A DNA stretch of 58,265 nucleotides, the filler included, from Sphacelaria rigidula (Eukaryota), in assembly GCA_964200075.2 (NCBI GenBank). It is 5 parts of 5 records of this genome, joined end to end, with 100 filler letters (N's around TTAATTAATTAA, not from the genome) between each part and the next. Parts side by side here need not be neighbours in the genome. Positions count along the whole stretch, not along the records: positions 46,694 to 58,265 come from CAXNAA020004764.1; 4 more parts are not named here. One strand, 5' to 3'. Below the pieces are notes generated by a model, which saw only the letters and a list, made by a program, of their open reading frames with translations, was not told the DNA's origin and ran no database searches. Positions 50,801-58,265 of the stretch are shown here, one piece after another; the stretch's first letter is position 1; each line of letters opens with the position of its first letter. The translations under genes were made by a program, and so were the position numbers.

Positions 50801-53800
50801 CTGAATCGACGTGGGGAATGGGGTGCTCAATTAGACGGGGATCATTTTCATCGAGATAAATGAGGCTAGTACAGACAGGTCCAAAAAAATCGTGAACGAA
50901 CCACATCGGGAGCCGAACTTAGCGAATGCCTCGCCCTAAACATGACCGTTGTAGTTGGTGGCATCATGTCCCACATTCAGTGGTTTAATCGTCACGCTCG
51001 TAGGCCAAGGAATTCGAGGAGGCTTTCCGGTGCTACACTTGTTCTCTTGCACTAGATTCCAGTAATGCACGGGTGCACAGCAACAGGGCTGCAGCTGCAC
51101 ACAAGTTGGAGAGGTTGACGGAGGCCGAGGACGATTGCACCAGGTGGGGATCATGTTAGGCCTTCAGATGTCGTGTCTCTTCTAGCGACTACCGAAGAAT
51201 AGTTGTTGGAGCACTATCGCTCTCGAGTATTTGCATAAGGCGACGAGTAATACCCTCTTAAATTTGGCCTCACCAGGGATATGTTCTTGATTTTCACAGG
51301 GCTATTGCTCTCGACCGTGCGTTCAAGAAAGCCTGGATGCGGAGGGGAATGGTGCGCCACAGCCGCGGGAAATATGTAGAAGCGGTGTCCGACTTCTCCG
51401 AGGCCTTACGCCTGGATCCGAGTGACATGTGCGCTCTGAAACTCCGGGAGCACAGCGCGACGAAGGCACGAGAGGTGAGAAGTACATCCTGGGTGTTCGC
51501 GTGCGCGGGCCGGTGCAACTCATGGTCGTATTCTTCGTAACCTCTCATCTGCTATTCTGAAAGTTAGTTTGCCGGTGGGGACTCTTCGACGTTGTGCTGG
51601 AATATCGGGTCTCTGACGCAGTCACGACGGCCATCTCTCTCCCTCTCGTTATATATATATGTATATATGACAGTAGTAGCACCTATAGATCGCGGTCCTC
51701 ACGCGGCGGGCATTAACTCCGTTAGCACATCATCACATTGCCGTCCTTCGCCCTACGATGTTCCCATCTCATTGTCGTGTGGTTTCTACGCAAGGTGGGG
51801 GGCGAAGCAGCACTAGACACGCAAGCAGGTTCTCGGCGGAAAGTAGGACGGATTCTCATCGAGGAAGTGGAGTCTTCTCAGGTGCTAATGGCCTTGTAAC
51901 CTGCGTTTCAGCGTCGTGTTGGACAATATTCTCCACGCGCGAGTACATATTCTACACGTGCAATGCATAAAGTGGTATCATATGGTGATGCATGGCCTTG
52001 TACGCTGAGATCTGTCGGTATATACTCCGACTGTACTGTAGTAGAGTCTGAAGGATGTAGGCTCTTGCTGGTACTTGTACCACCCGTCGAAAAACAGGAT
52101 GATGGAGAAGGCCAGGACGACGGAGAAGGCCAGGAGGACGCCATACCTTGTCCGACGGAAGTGGCCCCCCCTCCAATTCTCCCTACCAGCAGCGAGAGAA
52201 CCGTAATCGCGCATGGGTGGATTGAGCAAAAAATGGAAAATTTGAAGGCTAGTGCGATGAGTGTACAAGTGGCGGTGTGTGCTGGCGGAGCCATACAATG
52301 CTGGCGGAATCGCGTTTCTAATCTTGTTTTTATTGTTGAGAAGTTTCAATGTCAAGCCTTGCAACACCCCTTGTGTATCTGCATATGAGCCATTGCCACA
52401 AATTCATCTCGAATGAACGTTCAACCTTCGAATTACAATTTGAGCCTTCAAGTTGGAAATGGGACCTTCAAGTTAAAATTTGAACCTACAAGTTAAATGC
52501 AACGTTCAAGTTGAACGAATGTTCGACTTGAGATTTCAAATTTGACGTCGGCATTCAAGTCAAGTCCTCAAGACACGAGTAGAGCGCTCAAGCGACCAGA
52601 ACGCTATATTCGAACGTTCGATCTTGAAGTCGAACCTTCGAGTAAATCTAGCATTTGATTTCAAGCTCGATCTCGAACTTCGCATTTAAGTTGATGGTGA
52701 AAGTCAGACCTCTGCATTCAAATAGAAGGTTGGAGATAAACGTCGCGAAGTTTAACTTAAACGTCCGGTTAACCCTTCAAGCTGGGGGCCTCCTTTCATC
52801 GAAGGCCTCACTTCGTTCTCTGATTCAACCTGAGGGTTCGTTTTTAAACGTCTTTGTGACATTAGATTTTTGACGTGAATGTGGAAGTCGTGAGACTCCC
52901 GGTGACGGTAGGGCCCGTCGAAGGTGGCCGATGGTTTTCCTCGGGTCATGTAGTCAAGGATTGACCGGAAGTCGTGGGGTTGAGGCAAGTGGATCACTCG
53001 GGAAAGCTCGACGAGCGCGAGCGAGTTGGCCGGGAGACGTTTTCAGAAGTGAAGAGTGATTCCCAGGGATAGCCAGCAGTTCGCAGGAAAGATCCCTGTT
53101 ACCTTGGGGTCCCAGATCCGGCTGCACAGATATGGGAGTTTCGGGGCTCCTGCGAGAAGTACCCCTGCAACAGCCATTCACTAGGTTAAACGTCATAAAA
53201 GGAAATCTCTCCTCACATGCGCGAATGGCGATTTCCACATCACCCCCCCCTTTGCGCCTCGAGACCATCTGTGGAGGCTTGTGGCGGACATTCGGGAGAA
53301 TTTTATTTTTGGGAGTCTAATTTGTATGTGCTTTTGAGATACTTTTAAGTAGCCTGTAGTTGAACGCGTGATATCCTCTATACTAGGTGTTGAGAAACAC
53401 TAACCAATACATTTTATTGACGTTCTCTTACAGGCATGTGTAAAGAAAAAACTGGAAAATGAAGTGCTTTCCTTTAAATTTCGTGCAAGTTTCGTTCAGT
53501 GATCAGCTGAACGCTCTGCACAGATTACCGTATCCGACAGTCTGTACCAATGAGGTCCACAGTGGAGATCGCCATGTGGGCATGTGAGGAGAGATCTCCT
53601 GTTATGATGTGTAACCTAGTGAACGGCTGTTGCAGGGGTACTTCTCGCAGGAGCCCCGAAACTCGCATATATGTACAGCCGGACCTGGGACCCCAAGGTA
53701 ACAGGGATCTTTCCTGCGAATTGCTGCCTCTCCCCGGGGATGGATCACTCTTCACTTCTGACAACGTCTCCCGGCCAACTCGCCCGCGCTCGTCGAGCTT

Positions 53801-54458
53801 TCCCGAGTGATCCACTTACCTCAACCCCACGGCTTACAGTCAATCCTTGACTACACGACCCGAGGAAAATCATCGGTCGCCTTTGACGGTTCCTACCGTC
53901 ACCGGGAGTCTCACGACTTCCACACTGGCGACACCAGTGAGGGAAGGTTCAACATCCAACTTGAACGTTCACCTAAGGTTGAAGACTGAACTTTGAAATT
54001 GAGTTCATGGTAGTGGCGTCGACCCTATCTGCATGGCTTGCGAGTTTCACATATCCACTCGAAATCTACGGGGTGGGGTGATGTTGGGGGAGTCCCCGTC
54101 GTGAGGGTGAGAAGGGTTTCGTGCCATCCGATCACTTGCATGCTCGACCTGCACCCGATACCGTGACCTGTGAAGTCCTGGGAAATCGCTTGCTCACTGT
54201 AAGGCAGACATCGTTGCCAATGTTTCGATACATGATGGAGACTGACGAGTCGTCTGTACTCTATGCATGTTTATATTCTACTCCGTATCTCAGAAGCATC
54301 CACCACGAATCCAAGATACTGTCGCCAACAGCATCGTCACGGAAGGAACACGGCGAGTGAAAGTGTACGAGTCGGATAGCGAAGATGAAGAAGTGCTGAC
54401 GCGGACCACAGCGGGCGATAGCGTTTGTCACGAGAAGCAATCACCCGTCCCTGCATAG
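47816..54458 (+). CDS. SPAG1: TPR co-chaperone, SPAG1/RPAP3-like; spliced, 5'-incomplete, 3' end uncertain
   Basis: Phase-consistent exons 47816-47911, 48307-48444 (DLRDWEVEM), 48613-48734 (INAYDF), 50281-50362 (RAWEQYDVEGEL), 50479-50649 (LSVVEQKRAANHERLKGNEYFK), 51004-51143 (AKEFEEAFRCYTCSLALD..VHSNRAAA..KL..AEDDCT), 51300-51474 (AIALD..KAWMRRG..GKYVEAVSDFSEALRLDP), 51795-51881 (RILIEEVES); less certain 52098-~52247 and 54294-54458. Three-TPR carboxylate-clamp pattern; the N-terminal motifs fit SPAG1 better than RPAP3, but orthology is untested. Confidence 0.8.
49063..49146 (-). pseudogene. tRNA-like sequence (tRNA pseudogene or head of a second SINE family) in an intron
   Basis: Minus strand GCGCCTCGGTGGTCCAATG(ATCCAATG)GT...GCAGGTTCGACTCCCGCC: A-box-like and good B box, but a duplicated D-loop segment, no clear anticodon arm and a mismatched acceptor stem. 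Confidence 0.55.
52410..52870. repeat. Repeat built of dense TTCAA/TTGAA/TTCGA motifs; resumes at ~53940-54010
   Basis: Many ccttcaagtt, ttgaac and gttcga units; the same motif type reappears right after the inverted repeat. Confidence 0.55.
52880..53924. mobile_element. Long inverted repeat (two ~360-bp arms, ~320-bp spacer) in a predicted intron of the SPAG1-like gene
   Basis: Arm 52880-53238 (TGTGGAAGTCGTGAGACTCCCGGTGACGGTAG...) is the reverse complement of arm 53562-53924 (...CTACCGTCACCGGGAGTCTCACGACTTCCACA); the ORF track shows near-identical peptides on opposite strands. Confidence 0.9.
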
Positions 54459-55076
54459 AGGGCACCCGATACCTTATCAACAGATGAATTTTGACATTTC
54501 CGTGTACGCCGTACGTGACTCGTTCGAAGGCTAGAACCATGAAGATTCCCTCCGTACAATCGACGCTGATCGTATCTGGCTTCGAATATTCCGTGATGAC
54601 TGGATAACTTCCGCTCACTCAAACCCAGGCGAATGCGTGCATGCAAGGGGCACACTTTCGAGGGCTTCGCTGTGCTGTCGTAGCCACTATCATTTCTCCT
54701 AGGGTTGTGTGTTGATGGGTTCCATCAATATAATATATATACATATATACAAGAGTTTCGGCGGCTTCGCCACGATCAGTGGATCGACATCAAAGATACA
54801 TGAGCACCGGTGATAGCTTTGTGCGTTGCGTAATGGCAGAGGTCATAGTTTGGAGAGGCCGTAACTGCTCACCAGCTGAGCATGTTGTGCGTGACGATTC
54901 CAATAATGAATTTTTTTGCGTCGTTTGTAATCTGAAGAGAAAGATAGGCGTCACGTTCACAGGGACATATGCGAAGGCTTGACACTTGATAAACAACCCA
55001 ACACTATCAAAGGTGATCCTCTGGAACTCATTGCCCCCCCTAAAATAAAAACACACAGCACGTAGATGGTCATTAC

Positions 55077-55768
55077 CTGAGCTGTGCGTGACCTTGCCTA
55101 AACCTGTTCAGAATTCGATGAGAAAGATGATTTGTGTGAGACGCGCGCGAACCGGTGCTAAATGCGTGCGTTGCGTAGTGGCACAGGCCATACTTCGAAG
55201 AAAACACCGTAGCTGCTCATCAGCTGAGCACGTTGCTTATCTCTTGAAGCGCGAGGGTAGATCATCTGGTCATGCAGTGTATTTTTCAAGGAAAACGGAT
55301 GCTGATTCCACAGGTGACCCATGCTCACGGTCAAAGAGGTACGACCTCGCACAAAGCTGTTTAGAATCAAATGAGGAAAGATCCAGAAAGCGGTGCCGAT
55401 TTAATGTTTGGAGTGATGTCGACTGATATTTGAAAAAACATTGCGCCCACCGCCCCTCATCGTGAAAAATAGCTACTCATCACTGAGCTGTGCGTGACCT
55501 TGCCTAAACCTGTTCAGAATTCGATGAGAAACGATGATTTGTGTGAGACGCGCGCGAACCGGTGCTAAATGCGTGCGTTGCGTAGTGGCACAGGCCATAC
55601 TTCGAAGAAAATGCTGTAGCTGCTCATCAGCTGAGCACGTTGCTTATCTCTTGAAGCGCGAGGATAGATCATCTGGTCATGCAGTGTATTTTTCAAGGAA
55701 AACGGATGCTGATTCCACAGGTGACCCATGCTCACGGTCAAAGAGGTACGACCTCGCACAAAGCTGTT
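55077..55768. repeat. Near-identical ~285-bp direct duplication (55077-55361 and 55483-55768), with an older partial copy at ~54805-54890
   Basis: CTGAGCTGTGCGTGACCTTGCCTAAACC...GACCTCGCACAAAGCTGTT repeated at 406-bp spacing with only a few mismatches. Confidence 0.93.
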
Positions 55769-58265
55769 CAGACGACTCAAATCTGTGGAGTCATCATCAT
55801 GATAAAAAGATCGCATGTACGGTAGAGTAACAGTCCAGATGCAGTAAAGCGGGAGTACAGAGCCATGCTACGATAGGGGTTGCATTTTTTGTTTCTGAAT
55901 CTCTTTTTTGTAGCAGCCCAAATATATGGGGCGCACTGTGCAACCCGAATCTCCGGGAACCGGACATGGAGATGCAAGCGGGGGCCTTTTCGTGAATCGG
56001 CATCATTTTCACTCTTTTTCAAGCAAAAATGATGCCGATTCTCAAAGTGACCCGTCAAACAACCCGAGGAAGATTTTCGCTAAAAAATTGCAACCCCTGT
56101 CGTTGCACCGTGCAACACCCCAGCTTTGTTGGGATGCGAGGTCAATTGTCTGATGACTATGGCATGCATGATCATGAGTACGCCCTATCGTAGCATCACT
56201 CTCCAGTAGAGACAATGCGACATGCGAGCAAGAACACAACCTGCTCGAGGTGTGCCCCGAGAGTATAACTGAGAGCGATGGCACTTTGCCGCTCCGTACC
56301 GTTCCGATTCATTTGAGCATGATGCCGATTCAATTACCAAGTCAAAACGGTGCCAGTTACACGAATGAATGTGGCCTGTGTGCGGTCGAGAGGTGGCATT
56401 TATGACGGTCAAAGGGTCCACGGAGACGTCCAGCGAGGAAATGCATAAAACAAAACGCATCGCAACGTCAAAACGCCGTGCGGAACACAGCGCGGGAAGC
56501 GTATGCACTCCAAACCCAAGCAGAACCGGAACGCACCGTAATGTCCAGCAAAATGCAAGCGAAGAGGCTGATATGTATAATCAGCGAAGAAGTATATTCT
56601 AAAACCAAGTAAAGGAGAAGTGCTGGCTTCTCAGAGCTTGAAAGAACGAAATGGCCCCGAAAAGCATGTACTCTAATATCAAGTATATAAATGCAGCAAG
56701 GGCACCTGTCTGCAGGGAACGAATCTCAGAATAGTTATAACTGATATAATCTCTGCAAGGTTTTTGGCGCTTCGCGCCACCGCTTAATGGAGCGTTTCCC
56801 AAGGCAGAGGATAATATAGAGTGTTCGGTGCTGAAAATATAATTGAGAAATAGTTTCAAAATGTAGAGAGAAAAAAAATGTTCGAAAGAGGATAAGCCGT
56901 TGTGTGTGCGGGCTGGAGATCGCATGCACGACTTTGCCATTCGGGTTGTTTATAGCTCATAATGAAACTGCACAGAACATTCCTCACTATATCCCTCAAT
57001 CACCGACGAGAAGATAACACAGAGAATGAAAAACTCAATTGCGCAGACTTAATTATTATCGGTCAAAAGTCTTCAATGCGAATACCTCACAGAAGACACT
57101 TATTCTGTACTGATCCTGTGCAATACCAAGCGTTGATTATACAGAACACACCACGACTCAGGGCGTAACGGCTAAAATTATTCACTGGAGAACTCCCAGA
57201 CCACCACAGTCCGACGAAACGTGCAATCGTGCATCCAAGGGATTGCAAATAAGCGACGCACCCAGGCGGTACTCCAGGCCGAAGTCTCGCGGGCCCAATT
57301 CTGATCAAATCAAGATAAGAACATGGTCCGACTGGAAACTCGGTGGAAACGCTGAATTCGAGATGACTTTTGCGATGCTCACCCTTATTTCACTGGAACA
57401 CCACCATTTTACATTTGAGACAACCAATTCGGGATATTTAAGACGGACAATGAGAAATTTATCCCGGGAATCGCATCCACGCTGTCGAATAAGTGAAGAT
57501 AGGAAAAACTGCGGCCGAATCGGCCGAAGTCCGGCTTCGAAAACTCGAAATAAATTTAGCTGCCGCACTTGTACCGACGGGTCCTGACCAGCGCATTTGA
57601 AGTCAGACCAACTTGCGGGCTCGTGTTTTCCGTCTTTTGCTTGGGTTGTTTCAGTACATTGAAGATCTCGTCAAGAGTCGAGCATGTAGTGCATGCACTT
57701 GTGATTACATATAGAGCAGCTTCTTGCATCGGTGATGTCTCCGGATAGTATCCCCCGCTTTGTCTTGTCGCAAACGAACGACGGTACCTCTGACGATCCT
57801 GGGAGTGCCTAATCATAGAATATCGATTTTTTTATATACCTCTCATGCGCTTTGGAGAATCATCATTATTTAGTCCGCTCACAAACGTCTTATGTCAAAG
57901 ATTAATTATTGTCCGGCCGCAAATGGCTCAACCATCGAGTTAAATTCCCTCCCGCTGAGATGTTCTGGTAGGAGATGCCTGATTTTATGCTCAAGGAGGG
58001 GGGAAACAGTATTTTCGGTGAAGACGTTTGAACGACGCCCCCCGCGTGTTCGGGGCCATCGCCGTCTATGCAACTAGTCTAAACGGTAGGTATCACCCCC
58101 AATCATGTTTGGAGAGGGGATGAAAAAGCGGTTTCATCGGCGGGTGAGGAAACAATGAATTCTTCACACGTTCTATCGATGCACTCGTGTGTTCAGGTGC
58201 ATCGCCGTTCGTGTGTAAGAGGACAAAACGGTAAATACACCACCCGTGTGATCATGTTCGGGGGG

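Noticed and set aside
2961-54458. Apparent cluster of cilia-related genes (LRRC46-like and SPAG1-like)
   Set aside because: They lie on different contigs joined only by artificial linkers

Overview
This window is not one locus. It is five unrelated eukaryotic contigs (11575, 11573, 11573, 11572 and 11572 bp) joined by artificial 100-nt N44-TTAATTAATTAA-N44 linkers. Short exons, kb-scale repeat-rich GT-AG introns, cilia-related genes and the repeat families suggest a brown alga or other stramenopile (inference). Hand-spliced, phase-checked gene models: (1) an LRRC46-like leucine-rich-repeat gene; (2) a PINX1/Pxr1-like G-patch gene head-to-head with an RPA43 (RNA Pol I subunit) gene, with the predicted start codons possibly only 17 bp apart; (3) a 7-exon, ~938-aa low-complexity RS/RGG/PQ-rich protein with a C-terminal WW domain; (4) a SPAG1/RPAP3-like TPR co-chaperone gene. 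Mobile DNA includes a tRNA-derived SINE family (3 copies on 3 contigs), two degenerate Ty3/Gypsy pol remnants followed by tandem, partly hairpin-forming repeats, a LINE 3' fragment, a fold-back MITE family and a ~360-bp inverted repeat. I saw no CRISPR array, rRNA or prokaryotic/viral system. All homology calls come from recognised motifs, not database searches.
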